A DNA stretch of 63,972 bases, counting the filler, from Octopus bimaculoides (Eukaryota), in NCBI RefSeq assembly GCF_001194135.2. It is 7 parts of 7 records of this genome, joined end to end, with 100 filler letters (N's around TTAATTAATTAA, not from the genome) between each part and the next. Parts side by side here need not be neighbours in the genome. Positions count along the whole stretch, not along the records: positions 1 to 14,643 come from NC_068982.1; 6 more parts are not named here. One strand, 5' to 3'. The notes beneath the pieces were generated by a model. The model made no database searches, was not told the origin of the DNA, and saw only the letters and a list, made by a program, of their open reading frames with translations. This document shows positions 1 through 12,295 of this stretch, in pieces (positions within the stretch are counted from its first letter, which is position 1; each line of letters opens with the position of its first letter). The position numbers and the translations under genes were made by a program.

Positions 1-324
1 ATATATATATATATATAAATACATAGATAGATACATAGATAGACAGACAGGTACACAGGTTAAACATATGCAGGCGATAAGCAAATATGAATAATCACAT
101 ATTTATATAATTTGAGAAATAAATTTACTTTTATATAGAATATAAAAAAAATACAGAAGACTATGGTGAGAATGCATAGATTTTTACCTCCATACATGTT
201 TTTGGTGCTAGGAGTTACGCAATATTCATAATTATTATACGGAATGTACGAAAACGTCATGGACATGCACTCGTAGGTGGATGTGCAGTCAAAATACTAA
301 CAAAGGTAGCATATATATACTGTT

Positions 325-545
325 CAGAATTCGGACTCCGAATCTCGGTTTTTGGTTTCACCAAAATTAGCCTCACACAAATTTGGTTTTTCAAAAATAT
401 GCCTTCCAAATATTTGGATTTCATAAATTCTGGATTTCCATTTTAGTACTAATTTGGTTTTCGAACTTCGGATTTCGAACAATGGAATGTCACAAAATCT
501 ATCTTTACCAATTCGGTGTTCAACCTTGGATTTCGAACCTTGGAC
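325..545. repeat. Degenerate short-motif cluster (TTCGGATTTCGAA / TTTGGATTT variants), possibly a decayed DNA-transposon subterminal repeat
   Basis: Several imperfect copies of ttcggatttcgaac, ttggatttcgaac and tttggtttt(c) within ~220 bp; no clear TIR or TSD. Confidence 0.35.
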
Positions 546-935
546 CCAGATGTGATACAGAAATTATTTTAAATCTAACAAAAGTTTTGGCGAATTCCTG
601 GAGCATAAAATAAATCCATAAAAGCCTAGCACAAAGCACAAAGTGCATAAACTAAACAGGCAATCATAGCTTCCAGAATCCAAATGAACTTCGTCTCACA
701 GAAAAAAAAATGTCACAAAACTGAGTGGGAGGGTTAAATTATCTCTACTTATAAAGGTTTGCCAGGGTCTAGCCAATTTCTTAAAGTTTCACAGTTTTGG
801 CTAATATAATCTACCTCCCCCCATTTTGACAATGGACTTCATCCTTACCTTACAGTGCAGTATGAAAAACGGTTTACCTGTTTAACTTAACATAATAATT
901 TATAATTTCCATGGTTGAAATCTACGTTTGAATTA

Positions 936-1310
936 TGGGAAAACCAACGAGACGTACGATGCAAACTGAACCAGCCAAGAGTCACAGTAATGCGGCTGCA
1001 ACTGGCAAAAGAATCGAAGTCCAAGATTTGGAAGTGCGAGAAATAAAAATCTAGCCAGAAATGTTAAAGGAATAAGGCAACCTTTTAGAAAAAGAAGGCT
1101 ACATGAAGGCGAGATGCCCCAAAGAGAAAAAAAAGAACAACAAATAGTACAGTCGGAGGAGCAGGAGAAATCGAATGATGAGGTACAAGGGGAAGAGAAA
1201 GAGGCAGAGGAGGGATTCGAAGTGGTTGCAAAAAAGAAAACGGAAGGGCTCTCCGCCGGAGAGGCAGAAAAAGAAGAAAGAAACTCTATCACAGTCCCTC
1301 TCACACTATT
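936..1310 (+). mobile_element. Possible decayed LINE ORF1/gag-like remnant (zinc-knuckle tail followed by an acidic/basic stretch)
   Basis: One frame reads EKEGYMKARCP (1097-1120), like the GHxxxxCP end of a CCHC knuckle. It is followed by a purine-rich E/K-rich stretch (1114-1326 ORF). There are stops and frame changes, and the first two Cys are not visible. Confidence 0.25.
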
Positions 1311-2518
1311 TACGTATATGATATAGCAGAAGACGAAGAAGGCATTTAGCATAGCTTTATTAATCGTTATGATTTGTTTTCAGTACAATTCTGTTTCTGT
1401 TCATTTTACAAGTAAATGATTCAATGTAAAACATTACACAATGAGTGTGCTTGAATATGCCGGATTGGTGTTTCATCAAACTAGTCTCTACATCTTAATT
1501 TATTTATGTTCTTGTAAGTAAGCGTAGATTGCCAAAGTTCGTGTCAAATGGCATATTAAGAATGTAACGACTTTCTACTTACAACTTGACTACTGTTACT
1601 CTTTCTCCTTCTCTCTCTCTCTCTATCTGTTTCTCTCGCTCTCTCTCCGTGTCTCTCTCTCTCTCTATCAATCAATCTATCTATTTGTCTAACTGTCTTG
1701 TTAAAAACCTATCTATCTATAAACTTATACATATATATGTATGTATGAAGAGTGAACATATGAGAGAAGCAATACTCAGTATATTTCGTTGCAATTGATG
1801 TATGTGATAAGAGCATGACTCAACACTTCGTTGCTTTAAGTTCTGTGGGCGTAAGACACACCTACCTCTTCAGATGTTCGGTGAGAGCGGAGAAAATTTG
1901 AAAGAAATTTAAAATGGCTTCTGGGTATTTAGACCTCCATTGTTCACTTCAGGTTACGTGTGTGTGTGTGTGTGGGGGGGGGTTAATGCTATATAAATAC
2001 ATGTGTATGCGTGTGCATGTATGTGTAGGTGTGTGAGTGTGTATATTTGAAGAAGCTGTTCTGAGAACTCGATTATGTTCTAGTGTAATTTCCTAAAGTT
2101 AGTATTCGAATGTTTCTTTTGCAATTCATTTGGAGCAAAATGCTTCCCAGCATTTCTTCATTTTCACAATCACATATTCAGCTCTAAGGCGAACAGCACT
2201 TCATATTTCGGCAATCAAGCTTTAAACTTGTAGAAGCCTTGATTTTGGAATCAAGAACATTATTATTACAAGCGGATTGGAAGGTGTTCATGTAAAACCG
2301 TGAGAAAAATCTCAATTGCAAGAATAAAATTAGAACATAAATATATTTACAAAATACATACATATATTGACTTCGTTGTTCTTGCCGTGCATACCTCGAT
2401 TTCCGAAGACTTGCACCGCGTACCTACGTACAAGAAGAGTTTCTTGCTATAAAAATTTGTCCATAGAGCCCGTCGAATCACGTCGGCTTGGAGAAATGAT
2501 CGACATGCAATGTGTCTT

Positions 2519-2643
2519 AAAATTTTGTTGTTGCTGTTTTAGTTGTTGTTGTTGATGATGATGATGATGATGATTACAATATCGGTGATGAAATTTTGTT
2601 GTTGTTGTTGTTGTTGCTGAGGATGATGATGATATCGGTGATG
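2519..2643. repeat. Compound (TTG)n/(GAT)n trinucleotide tract with an internal ~55-70 bp tandem duplication
   Basis: aaattttgttgttg...atatcggtgatg occurs twice in tandem. Confidence 0.8.
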
Positions 2644-2814
2644 CTGTCAAAGAAAATCTAGTTGTTGCTGTCTAGCTTTTCTGCTAGGCACACCACATCT
2701 AGAACTGCATTACCTAATTTTTCTTGCATCGTATTAAGATTTAATTGTGTGTTTTAATGGATATTTGGTTCATATTTCTGGGTTAGGCATAAAGTCAAAC
2801 ATCCTTGGACAGAT

Positions 2815-2905
2815 AGCTGTGAAATCGATTCAGTACTTGTCAGTAATTAATTTTATCGAAACTCCGATGGACAGAAGTCGAAGTTCAACTTGGTGGGATC
2901 CAAAC
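2815..2905 (-). mobile_element. Degraded SINE fragment (family B core)
   Basis: Reverse complement resembles the core of the full copy at 34168-34385 (gaggtcgac...tcgataaaataagtaccag...gtcgat). Confidence 0.5.
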
Positions 2906-4499
2906 TAATTGCTGCAAAGCTGTGTCCCCTTTCTTCAACATATTCAGTCAAACCTGCGTGCTCCTATTCATGTAAACGCTTTATAAGACTTAACGATACA
3001 AATATACTTCACTCGGTTTATTATTCATACTGTATTTAATTGTAGAATTATATTCTACATTCTCCCTTTATTACACTACATTCTGCCCACATGTACGTTT
3101 TCTTTATTTATTTTACGGTCATGCCCATTAAAATATTCAATGGAAAGAATTAAAATATTAGTTCAAAGGATGTATTGTTTGGAACATACGCGTTAGAAGA
3201 TTGTGTCATATGTTACCATTCTTCATTCTGTAACCTGTCCCCGGGGCAATGTAAAAGCAAATAAAAACTTTGAATTTGAAAATAGAGGCTAGATAATTAG
3301 GAACAATTCTAATATATTGTTTCCAAAAGGTAAGACTTAGGAATGAATCGGCATTGCTTTTGAAAGAATTTCAGGATGATTTAGCTAAGATGCTCTCAGC
3401 GAATCCACCACTTTATCTATATAATAAAACATATCCTATTCATATGAATGGGAAATTTATCATAATATAACTGTTTAAACATTTCTTTAGATATAGGGCC
3501 GTTGCTATATTTGTATTTAATATGCAATTCATACAATGAAGTTAGGATAAATATTGTGCAGTCCGGAATCGGTGGAAATTAAAGCTGTTCTCACACAACC
3601 GCCCAGGGTATTTCCCATGTTTCCCTCCATCACAGCATTATATTACCCCATAACTTGCAACGAAAGTAATAACATTATCTTCTCGGCTCACAAACGAAAA
3701 CCATGTGGCCGGAACTTTATATTGTTACTGCTTCTTAGCAAATCAGTTCACTGAACGATTTTACGAACTTTTTTATTGATTAGAACATACCATTTTGTTT
3801 TCGATTTCATACAAAAAACGTATTTTGCGATAAAGGCTAAACAATAAATATTCATACCTTATCTGAGGTACCTTAACGTTAACCGAGCAGCTAATGCAAA
3901 TTTGCATCCAGTTTCATCCCCATCTGCACATTAAATCTATCATCTTACAATTAATAATGCAACTTCCGTTACTGTTTTTTTTTTGTTTTGCTTTGCTTTA
4001 GTCTCACGTGAACCCCGATCGAAGAGACTCTTGATAACTAGCATCACCAGTGGGTGACTAGGACAACATAATCCAATTTGTACTTCCCTTGTTCAAGAGG
4101 ATAAGAGTGTAATTAAGTGAACTATGGTTTCGATCTCTGATAGGCAGAGCGACCATATACTTGTTCTCATGCTGGGTTGCAAAGATAATTATATAAAATA
4201 AAGGAAGTTATAAATAACTTCCTCTGACTATTTTTTTGCTCTGATAAACGTAGTTATCATTCCAGTCAATCAAACTCTTAAATCTATCTGTTCCATCGCT
4301 AAGTGATGTTAAGCTGTACCACCTTTTGTCACCTTACACTTCTCATAAACGCATGGAGGTCATATTTGCCATATTTATATTTTGATTTGTGTCTTATCAA
4401 TTAACGCTAAGTTCGACTGTATTTCATCTTCACATAATCGATAAAATACGAAACAATCAAGTACTAAGGTTGATTTAATCTATGCTTTGTGTCTAGGTA

Positions 4500-4618
4500 A
4501 CAATTCATCAACATCATCATCGTTGTCGTCGTCGTCGTCGTCATCATCACCATCCTCAGCGTCAACGTCATCGTCATCGTCGTCGTCGTCGAGGTTGTTA
4601 TAAATATTATCATCATCA

Positions 4619-4670
<52 letters not shown>
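4500..4670. repeat. (CAT/CGT)n plus (ATT)n compound trinucleotide microsatellite
   Basis: Directly visible; explains the poly-D/poly-N ORF at 4480-4701. Confidence 0.9.
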
Positions 4671-4671
<1 letters not shown>

Positions 4672-4789
4672 GATTTCTAATAATGGAACGAGATGAGGCA
4701 TTTTTTGAGGTGGGTGTTGTAGTCGATTAAATCGACCCGGTACCTGGGTTTATTTTATGGACACTCCAAAGAATAAAATATCTTTATTA

Positions 4790-5263
4790 TTACATACACA
4801 CGGACACACACACATACACACACATACACATACGCACACTCATACACAAACATACACATGCACACAAACATACGCACATACACACGTGAACACACATACA
4901 CATACACACACGCACACACATATACACACATATGCACATACACACGCATTAACACCCACGCACACGCACACTTACACTCCACAGATATACACACACACTA
5001 ACACACGCATATATGTACCCACATGCACACGCATATACACACATACATACACGCGCACGTGAACACACGCACACACGCACTTACACATGCATACACACAC
5101 ACTCACAAGCACGCACACACACACATATACACACACATTCACACACACACGCACACATACAAACACACGTGCACACACATACACAAACATTCACACACAC
5201 ACACGCACACACTCACATGCACACAGACACAGGCACACACACACACACACAAACACACACACA
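4790..5263. repeat. Degenerate (CA)n-rich microsatellite tract
   Basis: Directly visible; source of the HT/VC-repeat ORFs. Confidence 0.9.
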
Positions 5264-5264
5264 T

Positions 5265-5478
5265 TAAAGCGGCGTGTTGACAGAACCATTAACATACTGG
5301 AAAAAAAATGCTTAATGTCATTTCGTCCATTTTTATGTTCTGAGTTCGAGATCGCCGAGATCAACTTAGCCTTTTATCCTTTTGAGGTCGATAACATAAG
5401 TACCAATCGAACTCTGAGGACAATGTACTCGACTTACTCGTACACAAAATTGCTGGCCCTATGCCAAAATTTGAAAGC
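5265..5478 (+). mobile_element. tRNA-derived SINE, family B
   Basis: B-box-like gagttcgagatc; core and tail similar to the copies at 13374 and 34168. Confidence 0.7.
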
Positions 5479-5519
5479 TATATATATTAATATATCAATA
5501 TATATTAATATGTTACAAT

Positions 5520-5893
5520 ATGTTGAGCTGATTGATCATCTCACAATACGGTTTGTTCATATCATAATGAAAGAAAGAGAAAAGGTTGATGAATATGGTG
5601 ACCTAAAATGTGGCAACTACGAGAGTCGAACATAAACGTTATCCCTATTGTCATCAGAGCGTTGAGCACAATACCAGCTAATCTGAAAAAAAAAAAGACA
5701 CCTGAAAACCTTAGTGATACCCTACAATTTAGATGTACTGCAAAATTCGAGATTACTTGGAACCGTACGCATATTGCGTAAAGTACTGTCTGTCTGAGAT
5801 TCTTGTTGTGACTTGACAAACAGTACAACCCCCCCTGTAGATACAATATTTTCAATCAACAATCTCATGATATTGTAAACTGTGCGACGCCTA

Positions 5894-5894
<1 letters not shown>
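5520..5894 (+). mobile_element. 3' end of a Dong/R4-like (restriction-like endonuclease) non-LTR retrotransposon, degraded
   Basis: Frames give KEREKVDEYGDLK (5570-5608), IPIVIRALSTIP (5641-5676) and LQNSRLLGTVRILRKVLSV* (stop 5795-5797). These match the KEREKxxKYxDL / VPIVIGALG / LLGTARILR pattern of R4/Dong C-termini. An (AAC)n(AAT)n tail follows. Confidence 0.7.
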
Positions 5895-5930
<36 letters not shown>

Positions 5931-5942
5931 AACAACAACAAC

Positions 5943-5998
<56 letters not shown>

Positions 5999-6018
5999 TA
6001 ATAATAATAATAATAATC
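5895..6018. repeat. (AAC)n-(AAT)n microsatellite (retroelement tail or target)
   Basis: Directly visible. Confidence 0.9.
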
Positions 6019-6021
6019 GTT

Positions 6022-6540
6022 ATTGAGTGAGAGAGCAGTGCCTGCCATCAAGATATCACTGGGGTATAAGTATACGAATCCCAACATACACATCATGACC
6101 TTCCATCTCATAAAAGTGTATCAGGCACATGCATTACAACCATATGTGCGTGGCATGGTGATCTCATATAGTGATAGACAGTGCATGACCTTGCAGGTGG
6201 GACCCAGTCAGTATTTTCCTCAGGTCGAGAAGCCCCACCACCGCTCAAAGGTGTTTAACGTTGTTGACCGAAACACCCATGTTTCCAAAGGTGAAATATT
6301 CAAACCCCAAAGAATTCCTCTCAACACATGGTTATAATACTCCCTCACTACTTCTCCTCGTAATCAGAGATGCGCATATCATCAGATGCTAAAAGTAAAG
6401 CTCAGCTGTGTTTTGTGGTATTGAGCAAAATATATGACGTAGCGCATCTTTCACACCAAATCAAAACATGTACATGTTAACAATTCCAATCAGTCATAAT
6501 CAGAAGCCATGAGAGCCAATGCCTGGTATTACATTCGGGT
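6022..6540 (-). mobile_element. ~520-bp interspersed repeat ending ...gcactgctctctcactcaataa on the minus strand (SINE-like)
   Basis: Higher-complexity block between two TAA tracts; recognised from memory as an abundant octopod repeat. Only one copy here, so it is not self-validated. Confidence 0.45.
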
Positions 6541-6544
6541 ACGT

Positions 6545-6547
6545 TAT

Positions 6548-6598
<51 letters not shown>

Positions 6599-6706
6599 TA
6601 TTATTATTATTATTATTATTCAGTAGTTTTATTTTTATAACGTGCTTTCACTTCACTACCGAGCGCAGCTCTGTGTGCCTTGAGTATGTGCTGTGGTTTG
6701 CTCAGC
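6545..6706 (-). mobile_element. (AAT)n-to-(ATT)n switch followed by a short, 5'-truncated Dong/R4-like 3' UTR on the minus strand
   Basis: Tract polarity flips near 6597. The next ~85 bp (cagtagttttatttttataacgtgctttcacttcactaccgagcgcagctc) match a remembered octopod LINE 3' end with an (AAT)n tail. Confidence 0.45.
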
Positions 6707-7199
6707 ACATATTATTATTATTATTATAGCAGCAGCAGCAGCAACAGTAGTAGTAATAGCAGGAGCAGAGATAGAATTTGTAGTGATTTCCGCAAGATCT
6801 CCCACGGAAATGCTTAACCCAAATCCCGCGTCCATCCTTCCTCCTCAGTCAACTCCCCCGCCACTACCACCGACGCCACCATCATTCTTCTCCTTCTCCT
6901 CATTATCATCATCATCATCATTACGATGCATCGTGGTCAATGTGATTGTGATGTGAAAATAATTAAAACTATTGAAACGAATCAAAGTGCTTTCTCGAAT
7001 TACTTTATCTAGACCTCCGTAAATTTTAAGAAGCAACATTTATTATTCACTTACAAATATATCCGATATCTACTTACTAAATTAGGACTAACGCGTTTTA
7101 GAAAGCTCCTTAATTCATGTAAACGACAGATAAATGTAAATGATGATTATTCTCTTTCTAGTATTCAACCCTGCGTAGATAAGCAATATAATCGTATCA

Positions 7200-7760
7200 G
7201 GAAATTCTTTCCCTGAGGAAGTCCAGGTTTGTAATGGTAAACGACGCCCAAGTTTTTATAAAATGATTCTTCTAAAGAATTCCTTTCTTTGATGCCAAAT
7301 CTGACAGGAAAATATTTCGATTATTGAAATTATGCTATTTCACATGAAGATTGATTTCTTTCCACGCGCTTGTTCACTTCCTCACACCTCCTGCTTTCTC
7401 CTTTCCTGATATATCTTGACGACGGTACATCACGAAATTTAATCGATTTCACAGATATCAAATATTACACTGTTCTGCTATTGTTGTGTTCGAGAAACAA
7501 CTATTGTAGACTGAGATGAGGTATATTCGCAGTATGGAGAATTTGCAATGTTTTTACACACGTCCTATTAACTGGTGACATACACTTGATATCACATACA
7601 CTAACGGTTTCCTGTTTGATATTTAAATTATCAAGTTCAATTACCAAATTCAGTAGTTTTCTCAAGTAAGATACGAGAGAAAACTATCGGTTTCTTTCTA
7701 CGCTTATTCCACAAACTTCAAAGTGGTTCACAGAATCTCAAGAAATTCTACTTTGAATAT
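7200..7760 (-). mobile_element. Possible highly decayed Tc1/mariner-like remnant
   Basis: The minus strand gives a stop-interrupted basic peptide (RRQDISGKEKAGGVRK...) loosely like a Tc1 N-terminus; no TIR pair found. Confidence 0.2.
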
Positions 7761-8711
7761 ATATTATATTTCGGCATTTGTCATAACTTCAAACAAGAAA
7801 GAACTGAAAGCAATGTGAACCTTTGCCTGATCATTTCGCATATTTTCCTGTTATACAGAAAACAGATTGTTTTTATGATGTATATTTCATAAAAAAATTA
7901 TTCCAATTGCATTTGGGTAGTCACATACAAAATATAACTTCAAGACATACACATGCATACGTAAGCTCAAACAAAAAAACATGTATGCGCGCCCACACTC
8001 GCACACACACCCATACACATACACACATATACATATACAACGTATAATTTTTGCATAACCATAGTATTACATTATTTTACTATAAATAGACGAGAAGTTA
8101 CATCAATGGCCCAGGGTACTAGAGAAACGTTTCCAAGTACTTGTCAATCAGAATCAATATGACAAGTGCTATGATACGAAACTCTGCGTCTTTCACACAC
8201 TTGTAGTTTCTCGTCTATGCAGAAATGTTAGAACCACAGTGTTTCGATGTTGAATTACCATTTTTTTCTAGAATTTACCCGTATATATACACACACACAC
8301 TCACACGCACACAAACACTTACACACGAAAACTTACACATATATTCATACATGTAAACATACAAACAAGCAAACCTACGCACACGCACACATATTTATAA
8401 GTGTAAGCATATGAAGAAAAGGTAAAAAAATAGAAAATCTAATCGATTTTTTAAATTTATATAATGTACACGTGTTGGCCACTGTAGACTACATGACTCC
8501 AAAAGCCATGTCACAGCGCATTTCTGAAACATATACATTTCAAAAATTATAAATATCGATTACATTTTCATGTTCCTTTCCCTAACGGTGCGTCGACTCC
8601 TTTTCTTTCCGATGCGCGGACTCGTTCGAGTCATGAAGGTTGTCGCCAAACCACATCAAACATACGAGTGGAGTGCAGATCTTAATTTCGGCAACAAGCT
8701 GCACGGATTTT

Positions 8712-8833
<122 letters not shown>

Positions 8834-8949
8834 GGTGGACTCTCCGATACAAGACGACTTAGGAGTGTTCAGTTTTAGCAGAATGACCTGCACAACTGAT
8901 TTGCTTATAGTGATCAAATGTTCACTGCCTCCATCAAAGTGACGTTGCA

Positions 8950-9125
8950 TGTACAGTATAGCTGACGCACAGTATACCTCGCGTCAGGTGTCGAACTGAT
9001 CACAGAGAAACTTGAAATGAAGTATTTTGCTCAAGAACACTACGCACATCCCGGTATAGCAATTGCAACCACGAACTCGCGATACTGAGTGCAACATCCC
9101 AACCACTAGGCAATGTGTCCGCACT
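8950..9125 (-). mobile_element. tRNA-derived SINE 5' part (related to 51661-51996)
   Basis: The minus strand has the A-box-like gcctagtggtt, then gtgttcttgagcaaaatacttcatttc, similar to ctgagcaagacacacattatttcac at 51745. Confidence 0.55.
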
Positions 9126-9150
9126 ATATATATATAAAAAAATATATCTA

Positions 9151-9191
<41 letters not shown>

Positions 9192-9561
9192 NNNNNNNNN
9201 NNNNNNNNNNNNNNNNNNNNNNNNNNNNNNNNNNNNNNNNNNNNNNNNNNNNNNNNNNNNNNNNNNNNNNNNNNNNNNNNNNNNNNNNNNNNNNNNNNNN
9301 NNNNNNNNNNNNNNNNNNNNNNNNNNNNNNNNNNNNNNNNNNNNNNNNNNNNNNNNNNNNNNNNNNNNNNNNNNNNNNNNNNNNNNNNNNNNNNNNNNNN
9401 NNNNNNNNNNNNNNNNNNNNNNNNNNNNNNNNNNNNNNNNNNNNNNNNNNNNNNNNNNNNNNNNNNNNNNNNNNNNNNNNNNNNNNNNNNNNNNNNNNNN
9501 NNNNNNNNNNNNNNNNNNNNNNNNNNNNNNNNNNNNNNNNNNNNNNNNNNNNNNNNNNNNN

Positions 9562-10450
9562 TTCGAGCCTACGCTCTTCAACAGAAAGGAACACGAGAAA
9601 AATAAACAAAGAGAGAATAAAAAAGCTTTGGTGGCTAGCGAAGGCAAATTTTTCGTATTTTAATGAAGGGAAGTAACTGTGATTGATTCATTGTGATAGC
9701 ATTGACGTTTCATCACTACCATGGCAACCAGCTTTATTTCTTTCCATACTAGTTTCAATTCACAAGTCTCCGATATACAAGTACTTAAAAAGTGTCAGCA
9801 GAAGGGTACACAGGAATCATGAAACGGATGTGGACTGATCCCTTTTGAGTGTAAGTTGTTAAAGGCCGAAATATATGCTGGAGGAGAGGTTTCTTCTCTG
9901 AAGACTTCTGCTGCTTAAATTTTTGTGGTTTACTTGTGATGAATACAAAGTGTTCATGGCTTTTAAGTGCGTTGCGACGCTCATCTGATATAAAATAAAT
10001 AAGGTCGAAGCTTTAACTAAGATGGATAAAAATTGGTCCGGATTGGAATTCAATGCAATTTGCGGTTTTGGAGGTCTTTTGTAGATAATGCTTTGGGTGC
10101 TAATTGGAGATTGGATAGAATACGGGTGATGTGATGAGTAACTGATGTGTCAGTTTTTATTTCCTTTGTCGGATCGATAATGAAGAACATAATAGTTTCC
10201 CCACGATTTCAGGGTAATATTTGTTGGAAACCTGTTAAGACTCAGTGAATTCATGATAAGTGTAGCTGTAGTACATTGTGGTGCCTGAAAATGACTATGT
10301 ATGAAAATGACTGTGTTGTCATATCCTATAGATGAATGATACTGAGATCACTGTTTAAGCATAAAGCGCAAATAACGTCTATCTTATTAACGTCTATCTC
10401 CACATATTGTATGAGCAATATGTGCAGAGAATACTAATACACACCTGAAT
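9562..10450 (-). mobile_element. Possible Penelope-like element remnant ending in a hammerhead-like motif
   Basis: Hammerhead-like core on the minus strand at 9562-9584, cut off by the gap. The adjacent block has decayed coding-like composition but no unambiguous RT or GIY-YIG motif. Confidence 0.35.
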
Positions 10451-11567
10451 ACTAAAATTTATGCAGCCGATATCGTATTTGAATATATGGATGTCAATAA
10501 TTGTAAGAGATTTTGTTGTAGAGAAGAAATTTCCCGATATTGGTAAATATGGCAAAAGTAGATCTTGCTAAATCGTTAAATTTTACGAATTTCCTTTCAT
10601 CTCTTAGGACATTACCTACGAAATTGTTATTATGTATAAAACTTCAGATTAAAAAATAAATTGAAACAATTACAGAAATGTGAAATCTAATACTGAACCT
10701 TTTTTAAATATTTTTATGGAAAACGGAAATAATTTACAGAACAAAACAACGTAGAAGAAAGTTTAATATGTTTCTAAAAAACTGGCTCTAATAAATATTT
10801 TAAGATAAAATATATTAATTTCTCGCTTGAGGGAGGTATATCTTTTCTTCTTACTATCAAATATTTTCAGAGAAATTTGCCTTGAGTTAAGGAAAACTTA
10901 TATATCAGTGGGAATTTAGATAAAAGCTTTTTATGAAAATTTCATATCTAGAGGCGAATGCAAAATGTAAAGACTATATCGAGTTATGATCTACGTCTTA
11001 TCACAATGCATTTCTTGATATTTAGCTTTGAGTCATAAACATATTGAGAAAGTCGATATCCTTTAACCGCTTAAGGCATTAATAATACGGATAATATACA
11101 CCTTATTGTGTAAATTTTTATAAAATAATAGAATCAGAATATATTTAACGACAAGAAGCAAACGTTTCATTGTGTCATAACATTTATTTGTCTCAACAAT
11201 GACATTAGTAAGACGCATTATTCTACATGATTGTTCCACAATATTTTCGTGCCAATTCAATCAAAAAAGTTTTGAAACTGTTTTCCTTACTGTGCAGTTT
11301 TGACAACGTATAATAATAACGTGTTGCTAAGTGGTGCACTATTGGCGGAAGTGACAGATAATTATTAAGAAAAATATATTATGCAAGAATTCGCGCACGC
11401 GCGCTTTTATGTACATTCATACAATTTTCCCTATGAGCATCCAATTAATTTCGAAAGAAATACGTTTAATTAACCCCCCTCCCCCCACCACAAGTTATCA
11501 AAGTAGGTAGTCGCAATTTGAAACAAAATGCACAAGTACAATCGACACTAAAGTGACTAAGGGTGCA

Positions 11568-11912
11568 AGTGAGCACCAGCATTGCTAGAAATGAGAGTCA
11601 ACACAGTTCTTGGCCACAAGCAAAGCACTATCTATTGGCTGACAAGGGAGACAACATCCCTACAGCAAGGGAGATCATCAGATCATCTTTCATTTCGAAC
11701 AGATTTATTTCTGATTAGTGACGCCACTCTGTTGCCTAAGGTTAAGCTAACTCGCCTAATTCTATCAAAAATCATCGGTGATCTGAGGTTCTCGCTTGCT
11801 GTAGGGAGGTTGTCTCCCTTGTCAGTCAAGAGATAGTGCTTTGCTCGTGACAAAGAGTTGTTTTGACTTTTATTTCTAGCAATTCTGGTGCTGACTCTTA
11901 TTTTTAGCAATG
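11568..11912. mobile_element. ~330-bp fold-back (palindromic) element, MITE-like
   Basis: 11572-11684 pairs with the reverse complement of ~11779-11891 at roughly 85% by eye. Partial symmetry continues into the centre, and a 28-bp tandem duplication lies at the right end. Confidence 0.8.
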
Positions 11913-12003
11913 CTGGTGCGAAATGGTCACCGTCTGTTTGCACGTTTCTTTACAGGGATCTTTAAAATTTATTTATGGAAGTTTAACCAGGCATAAAAGG
12001 AGT

Positions 12004-12295
12004 GTATGAAGCGTTTTGAGCCTTCAAGGCCTCTGAGCCTTCAAGGCCTTTGAGCCTTCAAGGCCTTTGAGCCTTGACGTCTTGTACCATGTCTTGTGTT
12101 TTTGAAGTCTTGTACCATGTTTTGTGTTTTTGAGGCTCAAGACTTTGCATACACTCCTCGTACTTGCCTCCACATCTGCTCTACCGATATTGTCTATGGT
12201 AAAGTCTACCACCGCTGGATCAATCCTGTTTGGCAGTTGTGTGAAGTACTGTAATAAATAAAGTCACGCTTCCCATCAAGTTTTGTAACTCTTCT
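12004..12295 (+). repeat. 17-mer array (~3.5 copies of ttgagccttcaaggcct) plus two 28-mer copies, in an LTR-like block
   Basis: 17-mer at 12016-12075; gtcttgtaccatgt(c/t)ttgtgtttttga twice (~12079-12133); AATAAA near 12253. The LTR identity is unproven. Confidence 0.6.

Noticed and set aside
2447-2650. Minus-strand ORF with poly-S/T/H/Q and SPSRRDSTGSMDKFL, preceded by a plausible acceptor (ttttctttgacag)
   Set aside because: Mostly a duplicated trinucleotide tract; no recognisable homology and no partner exons.
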